From assembly GCA_963544995.1 (NCBI GenBank), contig CAUUHH010000002.1, forward strand, positions 1 to 60,330: a DNA stretch of 60,330 bases. The letters run 5' to 3'. The translations under genes were made by a program, and so were the position numbers. The first letter of the stretch is position 1, and each line of letters opens with the position of its first letter. The notes beneath the pieces were generated by a model. The model saw nothing but the letters and a program-made list of their open reading frames with translations, was not told where the DNA came from and did not search any database. Origin of the DNA: an uncultured Alphaproteobacteria bacterium. Lineage in GTDB: Bacteria; Pseudomonadota; Alphaproteobacteria; Rs-D84; CACZYB01. This document shows, piece after piece, positions 21,365 to 29,733 of this stretch.

Positions 21365-22225
21365 TTATAAATCCAATAATTGATTAACAAAATCATTTGA
21401 ATTAAAGGGTTTTATATCGTTTAAAGTTTCACCAAATGTTACAAAAAATACAGGAATTTTATATTTCTGTGCTAGTGTTATAATAAATCCAGATTTTGAT
21501 GAACCTTCCGTCTTTGTTAAAATTATACCAGTAATTTTAATATTTTTACTGAAAGTTTCCATTTGTATAATACTATTTTGTCCACCATTTCCATCTAATA
21601 CTAAAATAGTTTCTGATGGTGCATTATTATCAATTTTAGTAACAGTTTTTATTATTTTTGATAGCTCAGCCATCAAATTGTCATTATTCCCAAGCCTGCC
21701 TGCTGTATCTATCATAATTATATCACAATTTTGACTTTTCGCTTTATTATATCCGTCATATGCAAGTCCTGACGGGTCAGAATTATCTTTTGATATGAAC
21801 AAAGTATCAGTTCTAGTAACTAAATCTTTTAATTGTTCAGTTGCTGATAGTCTGAAGGTATCACATGCGACAACAGCAACTTTTTTATTCTGTTTACTGA
21901 AATAATTTCCCATTTTCCCAATAGTGCTGGTTTTGCCACTGCCATTAACTCCTATCATTATAATAGAAAATGGTTTATATGAATTTACATCAAACACAAC
22001 TTCTACAGGCTTTAATATTTCAATAAATTTCTCTTTTAAAAACTGTTTAATACTGTTTAAATTATCAATGTTTCTATTTTTTATTTCAGAAATTATATTT
22101 TCAACTATTTCGTATGATATATCAGATGTTATTAACAATTCTTCTAATTGTTCCATTAAATCATTATCTAATTTAGAACTAGCAGAAAATAAATTTGATA
22201 ATTTTTGTCCAAATTTTCCAAACAT
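21365..22225 (-). CDS. ftsY: Signal recognition particle receptor FtsY (NG domain only)
   Basis: 286 aa. 'GVNGSGKTSTIGK', 'DTAGR', 'LTKTEG'. Its stop abuts the RND permease stop with 0 nt between them. Confidence 0.85.
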   Translation of the reverse strand: MFGKFGQKLSNLFSASSKLDNDLMEQLEELLITSDISYEIVENIISEIKNRNIDNLNSIKQFLKEKFIEILKPVEVVFDVNSYKPFSIIMIGVNGSGKTSTIGKMGNYFSKQNKKVAVVACDTFRLSATEQLKDLVTRTDTLFISKDNSDPSGLAYDGYNKAKSQNCDIIMIDTAGRLGNNDNLMAELSKIIKTVTKIDNNAPSETILVLDGNGGQNSIIQMETFSKNIKITGIILTKTEGSSKSGFIITLAQKYKIPVFFVTFGETLNDIKPFNSNDFVNQLLDL

Positions 22226-22292
22226 AATTTAACCTTTGATAATTAAAACTTATCCAATTATTATTAATTTAGTATAGTTTTCAAGGTATTTT

Positions 22293-23159
22293 ATGGATAA
22301 AGACATCACAGTAAATATTATTTATGGTCCAACCGCCAGTGGGAAAAGTAGTTTTGCAATAAATGAAGCTATAAAAAATAATGGGATAATCATAAATGCA
22401 GACAGTCAACAAGTTTATAAGGAATTACCAATATTAACTGCATGTCCAACAACAGAAGATTATACAAAAGTAGAGCACAAATTATATCAATTTATTGATG
22501 GCTTTATTGGTATTGATGTAAATTTATGGCTTAAAAATACAGTAAATGAAATAATAAATGCAAATAATAAAGGTAAAATTCCATTCATTGTTGGTGGAAC
22601 AGGTTTTTATATTAAATCATTAATAGAAGGTTTATCTCCAATCCCAGAAATAAATTTAAATATAAGAAATAAGATCAGGGAAAAATATAAAAATATAACA
22701 ACTTATGAAATATATGAAGATTTAAAAAAAATAGATATCGAACTTGCAAATAAATTATCAAAAAATGATAGGCAAAGAATATTACGAGGAATAGAGGTTT
22801 TCTATTCAACAGGTATAAAATTATCCAATTGGCAAAAAAAAGAAAAAATAAAATTACTTCCAAATGCAAAATTTAACTTAAAATTTATAAATCCGGAAAT
22901 GAAAATATTAGAAACCAGAATTAAGCAAAGAACAGAATTTATGATAAATAACAGAGTAATAGATGAGGTGAAAACTTTACTAAATAAAAATTATAAACCA
23001 AATTCTCCTATATTTAAAGTTATAGGGGTGAAATCAATAATAAATTATATAAATAAAAACATGAATATTGATGAGTTACAAAGTAAACTAATATTAGAAA
23101 CCAGACAATACGCAAAACGACAAAAAACATTTTTCAAAAATTCTATACAAAATATATAA
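22293..23159 (+). CDS. miaA: tRNA dimethylallyltransferase
   Basis: 288 aa. 'GPTASGKSS' P-loop, 'DSQQVYKELPILT', 'RQYAKRQKTFF'. Confidence 0.9.
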   Translation: MDKDITVNIIYGPTASGKSSFAINEAIKNNGIIINADSQQVYKELPILTACPTTEDYTKVEHKLYQFIDGFIGIDVNLWLKNTVNEIINANNKGKIPFIVGGTGFYIKSLIEGLSPIPEINLNIRNKIREKYKNITTYEIYEDLKKIDIELANKLSKNDRQRILRGIEVFYSTGIKLSNWQKKEKIKLLPNAKFNLKFINPEMKILETRIKQRTEFMINNRVIDEVKTLLNKNYKPNSPIFKVIGVKSIINYINKNMNIDELQSKLILETRQYAKRQKTFFKNSIQNI

Positions 23160-23212
23160 TTGCTAAATTTAAAATTTTATGATAAAATACAGAAAAATTT
23201 TAGGAGTAAGAA

Positions 23213-24448
23213 ATGGGTATAATAGAAAGAGCAAATACATTAGCTATATATTCAAACATATTACGCAAAATTGAAGAGCAATATTCATATATAAGAACAC
23301 AATTCGAAGATTTATATATGATCTATGATGAGGTTAAAAGTGATTTTGCGAAAGGGAAAATATATGACAAAGAACACATTGAACTCGAAAATTCTTTTTT
23401 TACAAAATTTGATGAAACAAAATCAGAACTAAGAAAATTTGTAGAAAAGCAACCAGGATTTAAAGATTTTTATAAACAAAATTGGCGTGAGTATAATTTA
23501 GACTTTTTAATAGGAACTACTCCTATTCCTACAGCAAAATTTGGAGAAAGTTATAGTGAAACTTCAAATGAAAATATTTCTGGTGAAGTACAAGATGAAG
23601 GAAAATCAGAATCAGAGCAAGAAAATAATGCACTTCATCCTTTGGCTTATATTTATAGAATAGTATCTCAAGATGAAATAGAAGAAAAATTTAAAAAAAA
23701 TTTTAAGTTAAAGGATAATGATGGAAATATAAATGATTTAGGTAAATATGATTTATTAGAAGTAATTGATGATAGTTACAGAATTGAAAATAATAAAGAT
23801 ATTATTACTGGAGTAAAAGAAGAAAATTCTTTGCAAATAACTCATCCAAAAGGGGCAGATATAGAACAATCTAGTGTAATGTGGGGTTTGGACGCCATGG
23901 TTTTATATATGAAGGAGTCAGGGCAAAGTCCTTTTGAATTAGATTTAGATGTGAAAACTGATGAGTTTGCATCTGGGCTTGTTGTCACAATAATGAACAA
24001 ATATGCCAAAAATGGCAAAATAGATGAGACTATTTTAAAAGGGATTATCGTAAATGGTAAAAAAATAGATATTAGTAATGTAGAAAAAGAAGAAGATTTA
24101 GCAGTTAAATTTACAGAAGTAATGTATCCTTTTCCTAAAGTATCAAATGATTATGATGTTGATTTTAATAGTAATGCGCAACCAAATCCCCAAGGTGCAA
24201 CCGCAAACAACCAAGGTGTAGCCGCTCCTCAAGGTGCAACCGCAGTCGTTCCCCAAGATGAATCCGAAAACAAGCAAGGTGTAACCGCTCCTCAAAGCGC
24301 AAACCAAGACGCAGCCGCAAAAGGTCAAGGTGAAACTGCAAAAGGTCAAGGCAAAGAAGAAAATTTCGAACAAGGAATATCTAACTTAAATGAGAATATT
24401 GGAAAAGTTTTTGAAGCTCTTAATGCTCTTGAGGGTAACAGTATATAA
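23213..24448 (+). CDS. Hypothetical cytoplasmic protein with C-terminal Q-G-[AV]-[TA]-A-P repeat tract
   Basis: 411 aa, no signal peptide. RBS TAGGAG upstream. No family recognised. Confidence 0.5.
   Translation: MGIIERANTLAIYSNILRKIEEQYSYIRTQFEDLYMIYDEVKSDFAKGKIYDKEHIELENSFFTKFDETKSELRKFVEKQPGFKDFYKQNWREYNLDFLIGTTPIPTAKFGESYSETSNENISGEVQDEGKSESEQENNALHPLAYIYRIVSQDEIEEKFKKNFKLKDNDGNINDLGKYDLLEVIDDSYRIENNKDIITGVKEENSLQITHPKGADIEQSSVMWGLDAMVLYMKESGQSPFELDLDVKTDEFASGLVVTIMNKYAKNGKIDETILKGIIVNGKKIDISNVEKEEDLAVKFTEVMYPFPKVSNDYDVDFNSNAQPNPQGATANNQGVAAPQGATAVVPQDESENKQGVTAPQSANQDAAAKGQGETAKGQGKEENFEQGISNLNENIGKVFEALNALEGNSI
24176..24355 (+). repeat. Imperfect coding tandem repeats, locally GC-rich
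   Basis: CAAGGTGCAACCGCA at 24191 and 24230. CAAGGTGTA[G/A]CCGCTCCTCAA at 24212 and 24275. GCAAAAGGTCAAGG at 24317 and 24338. Confidence 0.85.
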
Positions 24449-24463
24449 TAAAAATATTTGTAA

Positions 24464-26416
24464 TTGATTTATTTTTGTGATATAAATGAGTATAAGGTAA
24501 GAGGGAAAGTAAAAATTAAAAATAAATTTTGGATATTTTTAAATCTTTTATTGATAGGCAGCTTAATGCTTCCTAATAGCTCTTCCTATGCAAAGAAAAA
24601 AAAGAAAAATAGTAGTAAGTCGTCAAAACATAAATCTGGATCTCCTGTAATTTCAAATAATACTACTACGTCGGTTAGTCAATCAAATGAGGCGAGATCT
24701 GTTGCAGTCGATAGGGCAGCAAGAAATGGAGGTTCTTCATCATCTGCTCAAAAACAAAAACCAAAAGATCCAGATGTGGAAATAGAGGAATTAAGGTCTA
24801 ATTTGCTTGCATGTCTTGCTGCACCATGTGATGGTAGTGTAAGTTATGAAGGGTGTTTTAAAGAAACGAATCAGGAAATAAAATACAGACAAAGCTCTGA
24901 TTGTATGGGGTATATAAATAACGCATCAGATGCAGGGATTGTTGCCAGGGCAAAACTACAGGTAAGCCAAAATATTAAAGCCATGTTAAAGGAAGCGTGC
25001 GATGGTATTGGAGGTAAGGTATCTGGCTCTACATGTAAAGTTGATATTTTTTATAAGGCTAAATCTCCCGATGGTAAACATTCTGTGGAAAATAGCAGAA
25101 CATTTACTGTTGGGCAAACTGTAACTTGTTCATATGCTTCATTTGGATTAAGTCAGCAAAGCTTAGAGTATCAAAAAGAAATGTCAACTGAACAGAAAAT
25201 GGCATTATTAAATGCTGGTATAGGTGCTATAACTCCTTTGGTGCAGGGGGGTATGGCTCTATTCCAGGCTCATAGATTAAAAAAAGAACTCGCAGAAACA
25301 GACAGAGTAATTGGAAGTGGTTGGTTTAAATTTAATGGTAAAAGTTTGGAAAATTGTTGCTATAGCAAAAAGAGAGAATATGGGGCAAAAAAAGATCTTG
25401 TAGCAAAGGGTGAGGGCTTCCCTACAAAAGATTCTTCTGGTTGGTATATAGATATAGATGAACCGAATTGTAGTCAAGATGAATGCAAAACTGTTAATTT
25501 ATGTAGTGACAGCAATTTTAAGATTGAAGCAAAAAAACCATCTTGTGCTATTGAATTAACAAATGTTAGTGATTTAAAAATAAAGGAAAAATTATCTGAA
25601 TTAATCAGAACAAAGGTTGATTTAGAAGGGTTAAAGGCAGAACACGATTTTGCAAAAAGTACACAAGGCCTAAGACAGATGATTGGAACTCAAATGTATG
25701 CAAGGCAAATGACTAATAGTATAGAAAAGCTAGTCGGAAATAATGAACCACAACCTTGTAGCGATGTTAAATACATAGGTTCGTCTTGTACTACTATAGA
25801 TGGAAAAAAAGAAGATGTTGTTAGCGCAGATAAAGCGAGAGATTGTATAACAAAAGGTCAGGTATACGATAAAAATTGGGAATGCTATCACACAAATTCA
25901 GGATGGTCTTGTGCTGACAAAAATACGTGTTCCTGGACTGGAACTGATTGGAAACAAACTATTAGTAATAACAAGGGAAATGGTGAAGGTAGTACGAGAG
26001 GTGCAGGTAGTACGAGAGGTGCAGGTAGTGAAGAGTATAATATTAATAATTTTAATGAAGATATAAACAAAATAGGCAATAGTTATAAAACACTTATGCA
26101 AGGAGATGAGACTACTAGAAAATCAATATCAGAATATAAATCTACTTTATCTGCATATGAAACAAATCAAAATTCACTAAATGAGGCAAATAAGTCTAAG
26201 GAAGAATTAAGAAAAAAAGTGGATGAAGTAGGTCAGCAAGGCCTTGCACAACTTTCTCAAGGAGCAATAGGGGGTGCAACTCAAATTGCGACATCTTTAA
26301 TGTCACAACAGGAAAATAAAGGAATAATGACAGGAAATTGTTATATAGGTTCCGGAAACGGTCCATTATTTATAACTGATGGTGAAACAAAAAAGATAAC
26401 ATGGAAAGGAATGTAA
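24464..26416 (+). CDS. Large secreted Cys-rich protein of unknown function
   Basis: Signal peptide 'FWIFLNLLLIGSLMLPNSSSYA', a K/S-rich spacer and more than 25 Cys. There is no in-frame ATG before the signal peptide. The track start is TTG 24464. The only good SD (AGAGGGA, 24500-06) precedes an in-frame ATT at 24515, so the start is uncertain. Confidence 0.6.
   Translation: MIYFCDINEYKVRGKVKIKNKFWIFLNLLLIGSLMLPNSSSYAKKKKKNSSKSSKHKSGSPVISNNTTTSVSQSNEARSVAVDRAARNGGSSSSAQKQKPKDPDVEIEELRSNLLACLAAPCDGSVSYEGCFKETNQEIKYRQSSDCMGYINNASDAGIVARAKLQVSQNIKAMLKEACDGIGGKVSGSTCKVDIFYKAKSPDGKHSVENSRTFTVGQTVTCSYASFGLSQQSLEYQKEMSTEQKMALLNAGIGAITPLVQGGMALFQAHRLKKELAETDRVIGSGWFKFNGKSLENCCYSKKREYGAKKDLVAKGEGFPTKDSSGWYIDIDEPNCSQDECKTVNLCSDSNFKIEAKKPSCAIELTNVSDLKIKEKLSELIRTKVDLEGLKAEHDFAKSTQGLRQMIGTQMYARQMTNSIEKLVGNNEPQPCSDVKYIGSSCTTIDGKKEDVVSADKARDCITKGQVYDKNWECYHTNSGWSCADKNTCSWTGTDWKQTISNNKGNGEGSTRGAGSTRGAGSEEYNINNFNEDINKIGNSYKTLMQGDETTRKSISEYKSTLSAYETNQNSLNEANKSKEELRKKVDEVGQQGLAQLSQGAIGGATQIATSLMSQQENKGIMTGNCYIGSGNGPLFITDGETKKITWKGM
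25988..26029 (+). repeat. Exact 18-bp tandem repeat x2 plus a 6-bp partial third copy (GSTRGA GSTRGA GS)
   Basis: GGTAGTACGAGAGGTGCA at 25988-26005 and 26006-26023, then GGTAGT at 26024-26029. Confidence 0.95.
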
Positions 26417-26440
26417 TAAAAACATTCCTTTTATATTTTT
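26406..26440 (+). terminator. Hairpin terminator overlapping the stop codon
   Basis: AAGGAATGT(26406-14)-AATAAAA-ACATTCCTT(26422-30), then a T-rich tail. Sits between convergent genes. Confidence 0.55.
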
Positions 26441-26445
26441 ATTAT

Positions 26446-28434
26446 TTATTTAATTTCCAATAAAATTTTTTCAATTATTTTTTCTGCTTTAAAATTCATA
26501 TATTCTGCAACGTCATTTCCGGGTGCTGATGTCCCAAATTCATCTATACCTATATTAATTTTTGCATATTTGCTCCACCCAAATGTACTGCTTGCCTCTA
26601 TTGATACAGTAGTTACAGTTTCTGGTATAATATCTTTTTTATATTTTTCATCTTGTAACTCAAATAAATATATTGATGGCATTGAAACAACAGATGCATT
26701 TATATTATATTTTTCTAATAATATTTTTTGAATATTGATTGATAAATTTACCTCTGTTCCTGTCGCAATTATAATCATATTATGATTTTTAGCTTCTTTT
26801 TTATCAGATACAATATATGCACCTCTTTGAACTTTATTCTCTATATTTAAATCATTTCTAATAATTGGTGCAGCCTGTCTTGATAATATTATTACAGTTG
26901 GTTTACTTTTTGCATATAGTGCAATTTCCCATGCTTCTAGTGTTTCTATTGCATCAGCGGGTCTTATAACATTTACATTAGGAATGCTACGAATAGCAGC
27001 TAAATGTTCCACAGGTTGATGTGTTGGGCCATCTTCTCCAACAAATATGCTATCATGAGAAAATATATAAATAGGTGACAATTTCATCAATGTTGATAAC
27101 CTAAGTGCAGGTTTTAAATAATCAGAAAAGGTTAAAAATGTTGAACCAAATGCTTTAAATCCAGAAAGTGATAATCCATTTAATACAGCCCCCATTAAAT
27201 GTTCTCTGATTCCATAATTTACAAAATTACCATCAAAATTATTTGCAGTAATAGATATTGTTTTATTTGTTTTTACTCCAGTAGGGGTGGATAAATCTGC
27301 ACTACCTCCTATCATATTTTGTAAATAATCACTAATATCTTCTAATATAACTGTATTTGCATTCCTTGTCGCTTTACTAAAATTTGCATCTATAAATTTC
27401 TTTTTTATATTCAAAAATATTTCGGATAAATCTGTATTATCAATAGAATATAAATTATTTAAAATTTTCTGCTTATGTTTATCAAGGTGTTCTACTTTTT
27501 TATTCCATTCATTTATAGATTCTATATTTTTATTTCCAACATTTAACCAATCATTTTTTATATCATCTGGAATTTTAAACGATTCTATTGGATAACCAAT
27601 TTGTATTTTTGATTCTATAACTTGTTCTGGTGATAATGGTGTCCCATGAACTGTAGAGGTGTTTTCTAATTCTTTACATCCTTTTCCTATGGTTGTATGT
27701 ATATCAATAAATACTGGTTTTAAACAATTTCTTGCTTTTGATAAAATATTATCGATTTCTTCTATATCATATCCATCAATAATTTCTAAAACATCCCAAT
27801 TATTTGCTTTAAACCTAGCTTTCATATCAACTTTATTTGCAATAGTTGCCTGTCCATCAATTGTGATATTATTATCATCCCATAATACGATAAGGTTATT
27901 AAGGTTAAGTGTTCCAGCAAAAGAAATTGCCTCCTCACTTATTCCTTCCATCAAACAGCCATCACCAACTAGAACATAAACTTTATTATTTATTATATCG
28001 CTACCAAGCTTTTGTTCTTTTATCTTATTACCAAGTGCTATGCCAACTCCTGTTGCAATACCTTGTCCTAATGGACCAGTTGTTGTTTCTATTCCATCCA
28101 GTAATCCATATTCTGGATGACCAGCAGCTTTTGACCCTAATTGTCTGAAATTTTTAATATCATCTAAGGTTATATCCTTATATCCAGAAAGGTATAAAAT
28201 ACTGTACAACAGGGCAGAACCATGTCCCGCAGATAAAATAAATCTATCTCTGTTTTCCCATTTTGGATAACTTGCAGAAAATTTTAAATGTCTTGAAAAT
28301 AAAACCGTTGCAACCTCTGCCATTCCCATAGGTAGGCCTGGATGTCCTGATTTTGCCTTTGTTATCATATCAATAGATAAAAATCTAACTGCATTAGCCA
28401 TATTTTGAATCTTAATTATTTCTTTTTGTTGCAT
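26446..28434 (-). CDS. tkt: Transketolase
   Basis: 662 aa. 'SGHPG', 'GDGCLMEGI' ThDP motif, and 'DSIFVGEDGPTHQPVE'. Confidence 0.95.
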   Translation of the reverse strand: MQQKEIIKIQNMANAVRFLSIDMITKAKSGHPGLPMGMAEVATVLFSRHLKFSASYPKWENRDRFILSAGHGSALLYSILYLSGYKDITLDDIKNFRQLGSKAAGHPEYGLLDGIETTTGPLGQGIATGVGIALGNKIKEQKLGSDIINNKVYVLVGDGCLMEGISEEAISFAGTLNLNNLIVLWDDNNITIDGQATIANKVDMKARFKANNWDVLEIIDGYDIEEIDNILSKARNCLKPVFIDIHTTIGKGCKELENTSTVHGTPLSPEQVIESKIQIGYPIESFKIPDDIKNDWLNVGNKNIESINEWNKKVEHLDKHKQKILNNLYSIDNTDLSEIFLNIKKKFIDANFSKATRNANTVILEDISDYLQNMIGGSADLSTPTGVKTNKTISITANNFDGNFVNYGIREHLMGAVLNGLSLSGFKAFGSTFLTFSDYLKPALRLSTLMKLSPIYIFSHDSIFVGEDGPTHQPVEHLAAIRSIPNVNVIRPADAIETLEAWEIALYAKSKPTVIILSRQAAPIIRNDLNIENKVQRGAYIVSDKKEAKNHNMIIIATGTEVNLSINIQKILLEKYNINASVVSMPSIYLFELQDEKYKKDIIPETVTTVSIEASSTFGWSKYAKINIGIDEFGTSAPGNDVAEYMNFKAEKIIEKILLEIK

Positions 28435-28505
28435 TTTTACCTCTTTTTAAATAATCTGTATAGATAGGAAAAGTCTTATCAAATAAAAATATTAAAAGCA
28501 ATAAA

Positions 28506-28967
28506 ATGAATAAAGAATTAATAGTTTATACTGACGGAGCATGCAGCGGAAACCCAGGAAAAGGTGGATGGGGAGCATTAATTATTGATGATAAAGAAAA
28601 GACAGAATTATATTCTGGAAGTAAATTAACAACAAATAATCAAATGGAATTACAAGCAGTAATAGAAGCTTTACAATTTATAGATAAAAAATATAATGTG
28701 ACAACCTGTAATATTTCAATCTGGACTGATAGCCAATATGTAAAAAATGGTATTACAACTTGGATTAAATCATGGAAAATTAATGGGTGGAAAAATTCTG
28801 CAAAACAGCCAGTAAAAAATAAAGATTTATGGATAAAATTAGATGAATTAACATTAAATAAAAATATTTCTTGGAATTGGGTAAAAGGTCATAACGGACA
28901 TACAGAAAATGAATATGTTGATGCTCTTGCTCGAAGGGGAATTACTGAATTAAATGAAACCGTATGA
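28506..28967 (+). CDS. rnhA: Ribonuclease HI
   Basis: 153 aa. 'YTDGACSGNPGKGGWG', 'TNNQMEL', 'TDSQYV', 'GHNGHTENEYVDALA'. Confidence 0.9.
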   Translation: MNKELIVYTDGACSGNPGKGGWGALIIDDKEKTELYSGSKLTTNNQMELQAVIEALQFIDKKYNVTTCNISIWTDSQYVKNGITTWIKSWKINGWKNSAKQPVKNKDLWIKLDELTLNKNISWNWVKGHNGHTENEYVDALARRGITELNETV

Positions 28968-29670
28968 TTATTCATTTTTAATAAAACATCCAAATGGAAG
29001 TGTTGATATATTTCCAGTTATTTTTGAACGGTCATTGAAATCAAAAGCAATAAAAATAATTCCTAATCTTGCAAAACGTACAATAAAAATTTCTTATCCA
29101 ATATATGTATTAAAGAAAAAAGCTGTGGAATTTTTAGAAAACAACAAATCATGGATATCAAAACAGCTAGAAAATATTCCAGAAACAATTAATATTTCAG
29201 ATAATACAGATATTAATTTTATTGGTGATAAATATAAAATAAGACATGTACCAACTGCAAGACGTGGTGTATGGATAGAAGATAATTATATATTTGTATC
29301 TGGTGATAAAGAATTTTTAAATAGGCGTGTAAAAGATTTTTTAAAGGTAGAATTTAAAAAATATTTAAATCTTCGTGTCAAATTTTATGCGGATAAAATA
29401 AATAAATCATATAATAAAATATCAATAAAAGATACCAGCAGTAGATGGGGAAGTTGTGCAAGTAATGGTAATTTATCATTTTCATGGCGTTTATGTTTCT
29501 CTCCAATTGGGGTAATAGATTATGTTGTAGCACACGAAGTGGCACATCTAAAAGAACTTAATCATTCAAATAATTTTTGGAAAATAGTTTATGATATTTG
29601 TGAGTACAATGTTGATGAAGCAATAAAATGGCTTTCAGATAAAGGATTATTAATACATTATATTGATTAA
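28954..29670 (+). CDS. YgjP-like M48-type metal-dependent hydrolase (DUF45)
   Basis: 238 aa. 'SSRWGSC' and zinc motif 'VAHEVAHLKELNHSNNFW'. 14-nt overlap with rnhA. Confidence 0.8.
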   Translation: MKPYDYSFLIKHPNGSVDIFPVIFERSLKSKAIKIIPNLAKRTIKISYPIYVLKKKAVEFLENNKSWISKQLENIPETINISDNTDINFIGDKYKIRHVPTARRGVWIEDNYIFVSGDKEFLNRRVKDFLKVEFKKYLNLRVKFYADKINKSYNKISIKDTSSRWGSCASNGNLSFSWRLCFSPIGVIDYVVAHEVAHLKELNHSNNFWKIVYDICEYNVDEAIKWLSDKGLLIHYID

Positions 29671-29733
29671 ATTTATCTTGAAAGAATATATTTAATTATT
29701 TAGTATCTTAAAGCTTAAAAGGAAAGAAATGTC

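Noticed and set aside
24143-24373. Minus-strand 76-aa ORF (and 25888-26101 minus-strand ORFs) overlapping the repeat tracts.
   Set aside because: These are open only because the GC-richer repeat DNA lacks stop codons on the opposite strand. They are embedded in well-supported plus-strand ORFs.
24176-26029. Tandem repeats as a possible CRISPR array or minisatellite locus.
   Set aside because: The repeats are in frame within coding sequence, are 14-21 bp and contiguous or irregularly spaced, and have no spacer architecture. No cas genes are present.
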